From NCBI GenBank assembly GCA_905181725.1, contig CAJIYX010000027.1, positions 2,137-66,136 of the forward strand: a stretch of 64,000 nucleotides of DNA. The letters are read 5' to 3'. Shown piece after piece: positions 1 to 9,358 of the stretch (its first letter is position 1; every line of letters starts with the position of its first letter). The notes beneath the pieces were generated by a model that was not told where the DNA came from, did no database searches, and worked only from the letters and a program-made list of their open reading frames with translations. The stretch comes from Alphaproteobacteria bacterium UBA830 (GTDB lineage Bacteria > Pseudomonadota > Alphaproteobacteria > MPNO01 > UBA830). The position numbers and the translations under genes were made by a program.

Positions 1-671
1 ATGCCTTTTTTGAGCACGCCGTCACGCACACGCACCAGCACGATCACGCCGAGATAGGAATCGTACCAGGAATCGACAAGCAAGGCCTTAAGCGGCGCGG
101 TGCGGTCACCGGTCGGCGCCGGCAGGCGCTTTACCAGAGCTTCGAGCACATCTTTGATGCCCTCGCCGGTCTTCGCCGACACCTTGATCGCCTCCGATGC
201 ATCAAGCCCGATGACGTCCTCAATCTCCTGGCGCACCTTTTCAGGCTCCGCCGCAGGCAGATCGATCTTGTTGAGCACCGGGATAATTTCATGATCCGCA
301 TCGAGCGCCAGATAGGTATTGGCCAGCGTCTGCGCCTCGACACCCTGCGATGAATCGACGATCAACAGCGAGCCTTCGCAGGCCGCCAGCGAGCGCGAGA
401 CCTCATAGGTGAAATCGACATGGCCGGGCGTGTCCATCAGGTTGATCTGATAGGTGTCGCCGTCCTCGGCGTTGTACATCAGGCGCACGGTCTGCGCCTT
501 GATGGTAATGCCGCGTTCGCGCTCGATATCCATGGTATCGAGCATCTGCTCTTTGAGATCACGATTTTCGACGCCGCCACATTCCTGAATAAGGCGATCT
601 GCGAGCGTCGATTTACCGTGGTCGATATGCGCGATAATCGCGAAATTACGGATGTGGGAAAGTTCTGTCAT
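1..671 (-). CDS. lepA: Elongation factor 4 (LepA), N-terminal part; 3' end lies beyond the window edge
   Basis: Not in the ORF track because it is open at the window edge. Hand translation from ATG 671..669 gives [29 protein letters not shown]...[23 protein letters not shown]...[12 protein letters not shown]. GTPase G1/G3/G4 motifs and a LepA-type N-terminus are present. Confidence 0.9.
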   Translation of the reverse strand, partial: MTELSHIRNFAIIAHIDHGKSTLADRLIQECGGVENRDLKEQMLDTMDIERERGITIKAQTVRLMYNAEDGDTYQINLMDTPGHVDFTYEVSRSLAACEGSLLIVDSSQGVEAQTLANTYLALDADHEIIPVLNKIDLPAAEPEKVRQEIEDVIGLDASEAIKVSAKTGEGIKDVLEALVKRLPAPTGDRTAPLKALLVDSWYDSYLGVIVLVRVRDGVLKKG

Positions 672-827
672 AGCGCGCGGAACATAGGGGGGACAGGGCC
701 TGGGAGCAAGCGATCAGAGCAGTTCCGCGATTATTTTACGCGCGAAAACAAGTATGGAAACGGCGATTTCCCGCCATATCGGTTGGAGCGACCGTCGACA
801 CACCCCGGATACCGCTCTCGGTCTCGG

Positions 828-863
828 ATCTTGGCCCAAATCTTGACCCAAATCCTGGCCCGA
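828..863. repeat. Three tandem 12-bp units (ATCTTGGCCCAA / ATCTTGACCCAA / ATCCTGGCCCGA) between the pheT 3' end and the lepA start
   Basis: Read directly from the sequence. Confidence 0.7.
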
Positions 864-909
864 ACGATGGAGTTAAAGGATCCCCGGAGATGTGGCCGGA
901 ATAAGGGTG

Positions 910-3330
910 CTATGCCCGGAGGGTACCGCCGGTGCGTTTTTGGACCTCGGCGGTGATCTTCGCGGCGACGGCATCGATCTGCTCGTCGGTCAGCGTCGCC
1001 TCGACCGGCTGCAGGGTGACGGCGATGGCGATGGATTTTTTGCCTTCGCCGACATGTTCGCCTTCATAGGCATCGAAGATCTGAACATCGCTGATCAGCA
1101 CCTTATCGACGCCCGATGCGGCACGGACGATCTCACCGCCGGCGACAGAACTGTCGACGACAAAGGCAAAATCACGGTGTACCGGCTGGAACGGCGACAG
1201 GGTCAGTAACGGCCGTGCGGCGGCGCCGCCCGATTTGGTCTTTTTCTGCTTTGGCGTCGGGATCAGATGCAGATTGACGACGATGCCGACAGCGGGCCCG
1301 TCGATATCCATCGCCCGCAACACGCCGGGATGAATATCGCCGAACGATGCCAGCGCATTGGGGCCAAGGCGCAGCACGCCGGACCGGCCGGGGTGATACC
1401 AGCCGGGCGCGTCTGTCGTGACCTGCAGATTGCCGACCGGCGCACCGGCGGCTTCGAGGGCAGCAATGGCATCGGCCTTCGCATCCCATGCGTCCACCGC
1501 GCGCGGCGCATCCGCCCAATGGCGATCACTGGTACGGCCCGTGCGGATGGCGGCGGCGACGATTGCCTGGCCGTCTTCGCCGTCACCGGAATATTTCGGT
1601 CCGACTTCGAACAAGGCGACGTCCGCATACCCGCGATCGGCATTGCGGCGCGCGGCATCCAGCAGGTTTGGCAGGATCGACGGGCGCATCGCATCGAGAT
1701 CGGCGGAGATCGGATTTTCGACGACCAGCGCTTCGCTCGAAAATCCGAACAGTTCGGCGGTTTCCCGCTTCATGAAAGAGAACGTAACGGCTTCGGTCAT
1801 GCCGCGCGCGGCCAGCGCACGGCGGGCAGCGGATTCACGCCGTTGGCTGAGCGACCACGCAGGGGCTGCCACCGTGTTGGTGCGTGCGAGTGGCACCACC
1901 GGAATATCGTCATAGCCGCGGATCCGCAGGACTTCTTCGACAAGATCGGCCTCGCCGTCGACATCCTGACGCCAGGACGGCACCTGGCATCTGATCGTGT
2001 CGCCTTCATCAACCGGATCGAAACCGAGATCGCCAAGAATACGCACCTGTTGGTCACCCGGCACGTCGAGACCGCCAAGCGCTGCAACACGTGCCTTGCG
2101 CAGGGTGACTCCACGCTGCCAGGCCGGCATATCGCCGGCGACGGTCAATGCGGAGGCTTCACCGCCGCAGACCTCAAGGATCATGCGCGTCGCAACATGG
2201 ACGCCCCAATAGGCACTTTCCGGATCGACGCCGCGTTCGAACCGGTAGCGGGCGTCGGACATGATGCCGAGCTTGCGCCCGCTGGTCGCGGTGCGGATGG
2301 GATCAAACAGGGCGACTTCCAGGAACACGTCCGTGGTCTCGTCGCTCACACCTGACGGCGCGCCGCCCATGATTCCGCCAATGGCTTCAACACCGTTATC
2401 GTCGGCAATCACCGTCATGGTGGAATCGAGCGTGTATTCCTCGCCATCAAGTGCTGTCACTTTTTCGCCGTCTTTGGCGAGGCGCATGGTCACGTTGCCG
2501 GCGACCTTCGCGATATCGAATACGTGCAGCGGTCGGGAAAGATCGAAGGTGACATAATTGGTAATATCGACCAGCGCCGAGATCGGCCGCAGACCGATGG
2601 CGCGCAGGCGGTCCTGCAGCCATTGCGGGCTCGGACCATTTTTGACGCCGCGGAACGCGCGTCCAACGACCAGCGGACAAGCATCGCCTGCCTCACCCGG
2701 CAGATCGCGCTGCCACTGAACGGAGGACTCAAATCCGCCCGCCGCTTCCGGCGCATCCAGCGGTTTCAACGTGCCGAGTCCGGCGGATGCCAGATCGCGG
2801 GCGATGCCCCGGATACCGGCGCAATCCTGGCGGTTTGGGGTCAGCCCGATTTCGATCACCGGATCAGACAGGCCCATGGCCTCCACCGCAGGGGAGCCGA
2901 TTTCAGTGTCCGCAGGCAGCTCGACAATGCCTTCATGTTCGTCCGACAGGCCCATTTCGCGTTCGGACAGCAGCATACCGTTCGATTTCTGGCCGCGGAT
3001 CTTGCTGGTTTTCAGCGTCACATCGATACCGGGAACGTAAGCGCCCGACGCGGCGAATACGCCCTTCATACCGGCCCGCGCATTGGGCGCACCGCAGACA
3101 ACCTGCACCGGATCGCCATCGCCGAAATCGACCTGGCAGACCTGCAGCCGGTCAGCATCGGGGTGTTTCTCGGCGGACACGACATGAGCGACACGGAACG
3201 ACGCCATCGCCGCCGCGCGATCTTCAACGCCTTCGACTTCCAGCCCGATCATCGACAGTTTTTCGACGATTTCTTCGAGCGGCCGGTCGGTGTCAAGATG
3301 GTCTTTGAGCCAGGCGAGCGTGAATCTCAT
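910..3330 (-). CDS. pheT: Phenylalanine--tRNA ligase beta subunit
   Basis: 806-aa ORF starting MRFTLAWLKDHLDT, with tRNA-binding, B3/4 and B5 domain organisation. ATGA overlap with pheS. Confidence 0.95.
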   Translation of the reverse strand: MRFTLAWLKDHLDTDRPLEEIVEKLSMIGLEVEGVEDRAAAMASFRVAHVVSAEKHPDADRLQVCQVDFGDGDPVQVVCGAPNARAGMKGVFAASGAYVPGIDVTLKTSKIRGQKSNGMLLSEREMGLSDEHEGIVELPADTEIGSPAVEAMGLSDPVIEIGLTPNRQDCAGIRGIARDLASAGLGTLKPLDAPEAAGGFESSVQWQRDLPGEAGDACPLVVGRAFRGVKNGPSPQWLQDRLRAIGLRPISALVDITNYVTFDLSRPLHVFDIAKVAGNVTMRLAKDGEKVTALDGEEYTLDSTMTVIADDNGVEAIGGIMGGAPSGVSDETTDVFLEVALFDPIRTATSGRKLGIMSDARYRFERGVDPESAYWGVHVATRMILEVCGGEASALTVAGDMPAWQRGVTLRKARVAALGGLDVPGDQQVRILGDLGFDPVDEGDTIRCQVPSWRQDVDGEADLVEEVLRIRGYDDIPVVPLARTNTVAAPAWSLSQRRESAARRALAARGMTEAVTFSFMKRETAELFGFSSEALVVENPISADLDAMRPSILPNLLDAARRNADRGYADVALFEVGPKYSGDGEDGQAIVAAAIRTGRTSDRHWADAPRAVDAWDAKADAIAALEAAGAPVGNLQVTTDAPGWYHPGRSGVLRLGPNALASFGDIHPGVLRAMDIDGPAVGIVVNLHLIPTPKQKKTKSGGAAARPLLTLSPFQPVHRDFAFVVDSSVAGGEIVRAASGVDKVLISDVQIFDAYEGEHVGEGKKSIAIAVTLQPVEATLTDEQIDAVAAKITAEVQKRTGGTLRA

Positions 3331-4412
3331 CGGACAAGCCCTCCAGTGAGACCTGCCGGGACATTCGGCACATCGAGCGGAGCAAAGCCGTAATGCTTCA
3401 GCCAGCGAACGTCAGAATCATAGAACGTCCGCAGATCGGGGATACCGTATTTCAGCATCGCCGCGCGCTCGACCCCCATCCCGAAGGCGAAGCCCTGATA
3501 TTTGGTAGAATCGATACCGCAGTTTTCCAGCACATGCGGATTGACCATGCCGCAGCCGAGAATCTCCAACCAGTCGGCACCGGCACCGATGGTCAGCCCA
3601 CCGTCTTCGCGTGAACAGCCGATATCGACCTCCGCCGACGGTTCGGTGAACGGAAAATAGGACGGGCGGAACCGTACCGGCAGATCGTCGACATCGAAGA
3701 AGGCCCGGCAGAATTCAATCAGGCACCCTTTGAGGTGCCCCATATGTGTCGCCTCGTCGATCACTAGACCTTCGATCTGGTGGAACATCGGCGAATGGGT
3801 CGCATCATGGTCGGCGCGGAACGTGCGGCCGGGCACGACGATGCGGATCGGCGGCTCCTCGTTGACCATCGTGCGGATCTGCACGGGCGATGTGTGGGTG
3901 CGCAGCACCTTACGGTTTCCGTCTTCATCGGGCGGCAGATAGAACGTGTCGTGATCCTGGCGCGCCGGATGCTCGGGCGGAATATTCAACGCTGTAAAGT
4001 TGTTGAAATCGGTCTCGATATGCGGACCTTCGGCAACGGTGAAGCCCATCTCACAGAAAATCGCGACCATCTCGTCGATGGTCTGGCTGATCGGATGGAT
4101 ACGGCCTTGCGCCACCGGGCGCGCCGGCAAAGAGACGTCGATGCGGTCTTCGACGAGGCTGACATCAAGCGCCGCGGCTTCGAGAATTTGTTTGCGGGCA
4201 TCGATCGCGGCGGCAACCGCGTTCTTGACCGTGTTCAGCTGCTGGCCGGCATCACGGCGTTCTTCGGGCGGCAACTGGCCGATGCCCTTGACCATTTCGG
4301 TAATCGAACCGGACTTGCCCAGCGCAGACACACGCAATGCCTCAACCGCCGCCAGATCGGCCGCTTCTACCTGTGCCAGTAGGTCGGTCTGTAGCTGATC
4401 AAGATTTCCCAT
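3327..4412 (-). CDS. pheS: Phenylalanine--tRNA ligase alpha subunit
   Basis: 361-aa ORF with class II aaRS core (HPARQDHDTFY, FRADHDATHSPMFHQIEGL, GFAFGMGVERAAM). Confidence 0.95.
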   Translation of the reverse strand: MGNLDQLQTDLLAQVEAADLAAVEALRVSALGKSGSITEMVKGIGQLPPEERRDAGQQLNTVKNAVAAAIDARKQILEAAALDVSLVEDRIDVSLPARPVAQGRIHPISQTIDEMVAIFCEMGFTVAEGPHIETDFNNFTALNIPPEHPARQDHDTFYLPPDEDGNRKVLRTHTSPVQIRTMVNEEPPIRIVVPGRTFRADHDATHSPMFHQIEGLVIDEATHMGHLKGCLIEFCRAFFDVDDLPVRFRPSYFPFTEPSAEVDIGCSREDGGLTIGAGADWLEILGCGMVNPHVLENCGIDSTKYQGFAFGMGVERAAMLKYGIPDLRTFYDSDVRWLKHYGFAPLDVPNVPAGLTGGLVR

Positions 4413-4524
4413 AAAAAAAGCTCGGTCAGGGTTTCCCCTGCCGCCCCGAACATCGGTTTCAAATGTAAGATTTTTGCATGGCCGGTCCGTTCAGTAAGAA
4501 AGGACCGGCCATTCAAAATCCGGT

Positions 4525-4890
4525 TTAGCCGGCGTTGGCGAGGGCGGCCTTGGCCTGTTCGACAACGCTGCCAAAAGCCTCCGGCTCCTGCGCAGCCAGA
4601 TCGGCCAGCACCTTGCGGTCAAGCTCGATGCCCGCCTTGTGCACGCCGTTCATGAACGTCGAATAGGTCATGCCGTGCAGCCGTGCGCCCGCGTTGATCC
4701 GCTGGATCCACAGCGCCCGGAAGTTGCGTTTTTTAACGCGCCGGTCGCGATAGGCGTATTGGCCAGCTTTTTCGACCTTCTCAATCGCAACCTTGAAAAC
4801 CTTCGAATTGCGACCGCGATAACCTTTTGCCTTTTTCAGGACTTTTTTATGACGGGCGTGTGTTGTTACGCCCCGTTTTACTCGTGCCAT
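4525..4890 (-). CDS. rplT: 50S ribosomal protein L20
   Basis: 121 aa, [35 protein letters not shown]... Confidence 0.97.
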   Translation of the reverse strand: MARVKRGVTTHARHKKVLKKAKGYRGRNSKVFKVAIEKVEKAGQYAYRDRRVKKRNFRALWIQRINAGARLHGMTYSTFMNGVHKAGIELDRKVLADLAAQEPEAFGSVVEQAKAALANAG

Positions 4891-4907
4891 GTCAAATCTC
4901 CTTTATC

Positions 4908-5105
4908 TCACGCGTACGGCAGATAGGTTTTGACGATGCGCGCATCCGCGGCGGCCAAAATCTGGGTGCCGCGCGAGTTACGCTTCATCTTCTGCGTGCG
5001 TTTGCGGAGGTTGTGACGTTTCTTGGCGAAATTCGCCCGGACCTTGCCGGACGCCGTCGTGCGAAATCGCTTTTTAGCGCCGCTCTTCGACTTCAACTTG
5101 GGCAT
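4908..5105 (-). CDS. rpmI: 50S ribosomal protein L35
   Basis: 65 aa, MPKLKSKSGAKKRFRTTASGKVRANFAKKRHNLRKR..., immediately upstream of rplT. Confidence 0.95.
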   Translation of the reverse strand: MPKLKSKSGAKKRFRTTASGKVRANFAKKRHNLRKRTQKMKRNSRGTQILAAADARIVKTYLPYA

Positions 5106-5285
5106 TTCCGTCTCCTTTTTGTTTGCATCCCGGTGTGTTGAGCACCAGTGGATGCGGACGTCTCAAAAGCGGCCCCGGCATGCCCTTCAGGCCGGACCAC
5201 TTGTTTCAAGCCGGCGGGTTATAACGGGTTGCCAGGGGCTGTGCAAGGGAAACCGGCGGATTGTCGCGGGTCTCGCCCCCTCGCC

Positions 5286-5360
5286 GTCATCCCCGGGCAG
5301 GCGGGGATCTCTCGACGACCGGTGCCGGGGCCATAAGACTCCCGCCTTCACGGGAATGAC
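5286..5360. repeat. REP/MITE-like 75-bp element: two GC-rich hairpins in inverted orientation with GTCATCCC...GGGAATGAC termini
   Basis: Left hairpin ATCCCCG-ggcagg-CGGGGAT and right hairpin TCCCG-ccttca-CGGGA. Same architecture as 60815..60893. Confidence 0.5.
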
Positions 5361-5375
5361 AGGTCTTCGAGCAAC

Positions 5376-5402
5376 AAAAAACCCCGCAAAATCGGGGTTT
5401 TT
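5376..5402 (-). terminator. Rho-independent terminator after trxA (looks bidirectional)
   Basis: aaaaaaCCCCGcaaaatCGGGGttttt, 21 nt downstream of the trxA stop. T-tracts flank the hairpin on both strands. Confidence 0.7.
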
Positions 5403-5422
5403 CGCCGATTATCTGAAAAGGA

Positions 5423-5743
5423 TCAGACGGAGGCCTGAATCCACTCGACCAGCTTGCCCTTGGGCAGTGCACCGACCTTGGTGGCTGCGACTTCACCGTC
5501 CTTGAACAGGATCAGGGTCGGGATGCCGCGCACGCCGTATTTCGACGGGGTCATCGGGTTTTCATCGATATTGACCTTGGCGATCGTGATCGCATCGCCC
5601 ATTTCTTCGGAGATTTCTTCGAGCGAGGGGCCTATCTGCTTACAGGGGCCGCACCATTCTGCCCAGAAATCCACCAGAACGACGCCCTCGGCGCCAAGAA
5701 CATCGGTATCAAATGAATCGTCGGAGACTGGTTTACTCGCCAT
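5423..5743 (-). CDS. trxA: Thioredoxin
   Basis: 106 aa with the WCGPC active site ([12 protein letters not shown]). Confidence 0.95.
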   Translation of the reverse strand: MASKPVSDDSFDTDVLGAEGVVLVDFWAEWCGPCKQIGPSLEEISEEMGDAITIAKVNIDENPMTPSKYGVRGIPTLILFKDGEVAATKVGALPKGKLVEWIQASV

Positions 5744-5857
5744 TTTATACTTCCTTTATCGTTATAAGCTGCGGATGCGCCACTATTGGCTTTGCCACAT
5801 CGCCCCTACCCGGCTTTTTTATCTCATGATTGAAACTAGGGGCGGACCCCCTAGTGG

Positions 5858-8800
5858 TCAAGGCGCGTAATTGTCCAGGAGCTGTGCGTCCAGTGGCATT
5901 AATCGGGGGCCATCCGTCCATAAAAGGATGCACTCGATCACTCGGTCTTCATAGATTTCCGCCAGAAGCGCCCGGTAGGCTGCCATCTGGCGCAGATAGA
6001 TCGCGGAGACGTCTTCTGGGGCCGAGGGCGGCGGTCGATTCGTCTTGAAATCGAGCACTTTGACGCTGTCGGGCCCGATCACCAGACGGTCGATCCGCCC
6101 CGAAATCGCGGTTGTCCCGATGACCCCGGCAATCGGCGCCTCGGCGCGCGAGGCCGGGCCGAAAAGATCGCCGTAATCAGGATGATCGAGCACCGCGAAG
6201 GTCTCCGACATCAACGCCTTGATCTGCACTTCATCCAGATCATGGACCGGTCGCGCCAGAAATGCTTTTGCCGCGCGCACACGGACATCCTGCGCGACTT
6301 CCGGCAAAGTCTGAAGCAGGCGATGCACCAGCAAGCCGCGCTGGAATGCTAGGCCGCTATCGTCACCGAGCGGCGAACGTGGTGCCGGATCGGGCATCGT
6401 CGGGCGGGACGGTGCCAGCGGGCGCGGTGGTTCGGGTTCCGCCGGGGCCGGCATATCGGCCCAGCCAGGCAGGTCCGGGATCTCCACCGCCAGCGCGCTC
6501 TCGTCGCGTTTGCGGTCAGGCGCGCTGGTCTGGGGGTTTTCGAGCCGCATCCCCTCGCCGGTCCAGGCAAGACCGGCCTGATCGTCGGCCCCGCCGGCAT
6601 GTGAATCAAAGGCAAAGGGTTCGGCAAACTCATCGAGGCCCCGTTCGATCAGATTGCGCCAGGCGCCTTCGGGTGCGGCACGGCGGGTACCGTACCCGGC
6701 GACGTACAGGCGATCCTCGGCGCGCGTCATCGCGACATAAAGCAGCCGCCGGTATTCCTCGTCTTGGCGATCCTTTTCGCCCGCGCTCAACCGCTTGGCC
6801 TGGCGTTCCTGCACATGGGTGCGCGGCGGCCACAGCATGACTTCCTGCGCGCCGCTTTCATCCCACAGCAGCCCGGTGCCCGGCCGCGGTGTCTGCATGG
6901 TGTCGGCAAGAAAGACGATCGGTGCCTGAAGCCCCTTCGCACCGTGAACGGTCATGATGCGGACTTCGTCGCGCACGCCCTGATCAAGATCACGCTTGAT
7001 CTGGGCTTCGCCCTCTTCGAGCCAGCGCAGGAAACCCTGAAGCGAGGGCGGGTGGGACTGTTCGTAGCCGAGCGCCAGCGCCAGGAATTCATCGATCGGG
7101 TCGTTCGCTTCGTCGCGCAGGCGGGACAGCAGATGCGCCCTGCCCGTCATCGGCCCCAGGATATGCGCAAAGAATTCGTAAGGCGGCGTCATGTCAGCTC
7201 GGGTCATGATATCGCTCAGCGTCCGGTACGCGGCCGAACAGGCAGGATCGCGCCGGGCGCGGTTGCGCACCGATGCCCAAACCGAGCCTTCGCGGCCATG
7301 GCAGATATCGAAAAGTTGCGCCTCGTCGAGACCGATCAGCGGTCCTTTGAGAATTGCGGCGAGATTGAGATCATCCTGCGGCATCAGCGCAAATGCGCCA
7401 AGCGCGATAAGATCCTGCACGGCAAGCTGATCGGTCAGCACCATCCGGTCGAGTCCGGCGACGTCGACGCCACGGTTCTTCAATTCGCGTATCAGGTTGT
7501 CGACCAGGTCGGTACGGCGTCGTACCAGCACCATGATATCGCCGGGCCGGATCGGCCGGTCGGCGCTGTCGAGGCGCTCATCCTCGCGCAGCCAGCGGTG
7601 AATACGCCCGGCAATCGCATGGGCAAGACGCAGCGCCGGTGTCTCGTCATTGCGGAGCCTATCGGGGCTCGCCCACGGGTCGGCATCGGCGCGGTCTTCG
7701 GGAATGACCGGTGGCCACAGTTCAACCAGCCCTGCCTGCCCCCGGCGATGGGCGGTATGACGGATACCTGCAGCGGCCACACCGACGCGCACGTCCTCAT
7801 CGGAGAACACGGCATCGACCGACTGCAGCACCGCGGACGCGGAGCGAAATGAAACGTCCAGCGGTACCCGGTGCCATTCCTGACCGGCGGCCTTGGTGCG
7901 CTCCTCGAAATAATTGCTCATGGTCACGAATTCGTGGGGTGCGGCGCCCTGAAAACTGAAGATCGACTGTTTCTCGTCACCCACCGCAAACACGGTACGC
8001 ACATGGTCTTGCGCGCCCTTGCCGGTATGAAATTCATCTGCGATGGCCCGCACCACCGCCCATTGATCGGCATTGCTGTCCTGCGCCTCATCGATCAGCA
8101 CATGGTCGATACCGCCGTCGAGCTTGTAGAGGACCCAGGGCGCGGCGCGTTCGACAAGCGCACGGGCGCGCAGGATGAGATCGTCGTAATCGAGCAACGC
8201 GTTGCGGCGCTTGTGATCCTCATAGCGGTCGATCAGCGCGGTCGCGATGGCAATGATTGCCGCCGTCGCCTCGGCGGTCAGGATGGCACGGCGCTTCTCG
8301 AACACGGCCAGCACCCGCGCCGCCTCGGGCTGCATCACGTCCGGTATTTCCGGCATCGCCGTACAGGCCACCTTGCTGGCAAGCGACGCCCGGACGGTGC
8401 CGGTGCCGGTCAGAAAGGCGAGCGCGTAGTCATCGAACCCGGCGGCCCGGTCTTCCACCGACGCGGCGAGCCACGGGGTAATGCGTCCGGCCTTGTCCTT
8501 ATCCTGCTTGCCGCCCGCCGACAGCGCGATGACCGCTTCACGCAGGCCCAGTAGGTCGATAACGGCATCGTCGGACGCCGCGGCAAGCAGCGCATCGATG
8601 GTCTCCCCCGCCGCAACTTCAAGCAATACCCGCGCCGCGTCCGTCGCCCGGTCGGCACCGCCATGCGCCTCGATCAGACGCCGCAGGCGGCCACGGCTGG
8701 AGGCGATTTCCATCATCAGCCCGGCGAACTCGTCTTCGTGGACCCAGCCGGTCACGGTCGAGAGCGCGTCGGCCAGCACGTCGTCATCCCCTTCGCGCGC

Positions 8801-9358
8801 GCTTATCAGAATGTCATCCCGCGCGGCTTCGAGCACTTCGGCGGCGGTGCGTTCGTCCATCACCTCAAAATGCGGCGCAAGGCCCGCTTCGACCGGGAAC
8901 CGGCCCAGCAGCGATTCACAGAACGCATGAATGGTCTGGATCTTCAGCCCGCCCGGCGTATCGAGCACCTGCGCAAACAGTCTTCGGGCCAGCGCCCGCG
9001 CCGCATCGTCCGGCGTCCCGCCGGTCAGGGCGACAATGGCGGAGGTCAGCGCCGCGTCTTCCATCACCGCCCATTCACCGAGCAGGCGGCGGATCCGGTT
9101 CTGCATTTCGGCGGCCGCCGCGCGCGTAAATGTCAGGCAGAGGATCTTCCCGGCATCAGTGCCCGACAGCAGCAGGCGCAGCACCCGATCGGCCAGCACC
9201 TTGGTCTTGCCGGACCCGGCGGAGGCCGACACCCAGACCGATGCGGTCGGCGTCGCCGCAATTGTCTGGTTGGCGTATTTGACGATCTCGCCCGGTCCGC
9301 TTTCATCCGGTCCTGCGGGAACAGTTTCGGGGGCGCTTTCGGGAACCGGCTCGGTCAT
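5858..9358 (-). CDS. addA: Double-strand break repair helicase/nuclease AddA
   Basis: UvrD-type helicase motifs (ASAGSGKTKVLADR, VLIDEAQDSN) plus a C-terminal nuclease region. ATG 9358..9356 overlaps the addB stop (ATGA); the ORF-track start at 9382 is also possible. Confidence 0.9.
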   Translation of the reverse strand: MTEPVPESAPETVPAGPDESGPGEIVKYANQTIAATPTASVWVSASAGSGKTKVLADRVLRLLLSGTDAGKILCLTFTRAAAAEMQNRIRRLLGEWAVMEDAALTSAIVALTGGTPDDAARALARRLFAQVLDTPGGLKIQTIHAFCESLLGRFPVEAGLAPHFEVMDERTAAEVLEAARDDILISAREGDDDVLADALSTVTGWVHEDEFAGLMMEIASSRGRLRRLIEAHGGADRATDAARVLLEVAAGETIDALLAAASDDAVIDLLGLREAVIALSAGGKQDKDKAGRITPWLAASVEDRAAGFDDYALAFLTGTGTVRASLASKVACTAMPEIPDVMQPEAARVLAVFEKRRAILTAEATAAIIAIATALIDRYEDHKRRNALLDYDDLILRARALVERAAPWVLYKLDGGIDHVLIDEAQDSNADQWAVVRAIADEFHTGKGAQDHVRTVFAVGDEKQSIFSFQGAAPHEFVTMSNYFEERTKAAGQEWHRVPLDVSFRSASAVLQSVDAVFSDEDVRVGVAAAGIRHTAHRRGQAGLVELWPPVIPEDRADADPWASPDRLRNDETPALRLAHAIAGRIHRWLREDERLDSADRPIRPGDIMVLVRRRTDLVDNLIRELKNRGVDVAGLDRMVLTDQLAVQDLIALGAFALMPQDDLNLAAILKGPLIGLDEAQLFDICHGREGSVWASVRNRARRDPACSAAYRTLSDIMTRADMTPPYEFFAHILGPMTGRAHLLSRLRDEANDPIDEFLALALGYEQSHPPSLQGFLRWLEEGEAQIKRDLDQGVRDEVRIMTVHGAKGLQAPIVFLADTMQTPRPGTGLLWDESGAQEVMLWPPRTHVQERQAKRLSAGEKDRQDEEYRRLLYVAMTRAEDRLYVAGYGTRRAAPEGAWRNLIERGLDEFAEPFAFDSHAGGADDQAGLAWTGEGMRLENPQTSAPDRKRDESALAVEIPDLPGWADMPAPAEPEPPRPLAPSRPTMPDPAPRSPLGDDSGLAFQRGLLVHRLLQTLPEVAQDVRVRAAKAFLARPVHDLDEVQIKALMSETFAVLDHPDYGDLFGPASRAEAPIAGVIGTTAISGRIDRLVIGPDSVKVLDFKTNRPPPSAPEDVSAIYLRQMAAYRALLAEIYEDRVIECILLWTDGPRLMPLDAQLLDNYAP

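Noticed and set aside
4413-4524. Attenuator between rplT and pheS: a 9-bp stem GGCCGGTCC...GGACCGGCC, then a CAGGG-gaaa-CCCTG hairpin, then U7 right before the pheS ATG.
   Set aside because: The first hairpin has no adjacent U-tract on the coding strand. The second is 7 nt away from the U-run. I found no Phe-rich leader peptide like E. coli pheM. It may be regulatory but is not supportable from sequence alone.
5106-5422. Absence of infC upstream of rpmI-rplT.
   Set aside because: An infC gene separate from rpmI-rplT is, as far as I recall, common in Alphaproteobacteria. The spacer is filled by the trxA terminator and a REP-like element, so this is not an anomaly.
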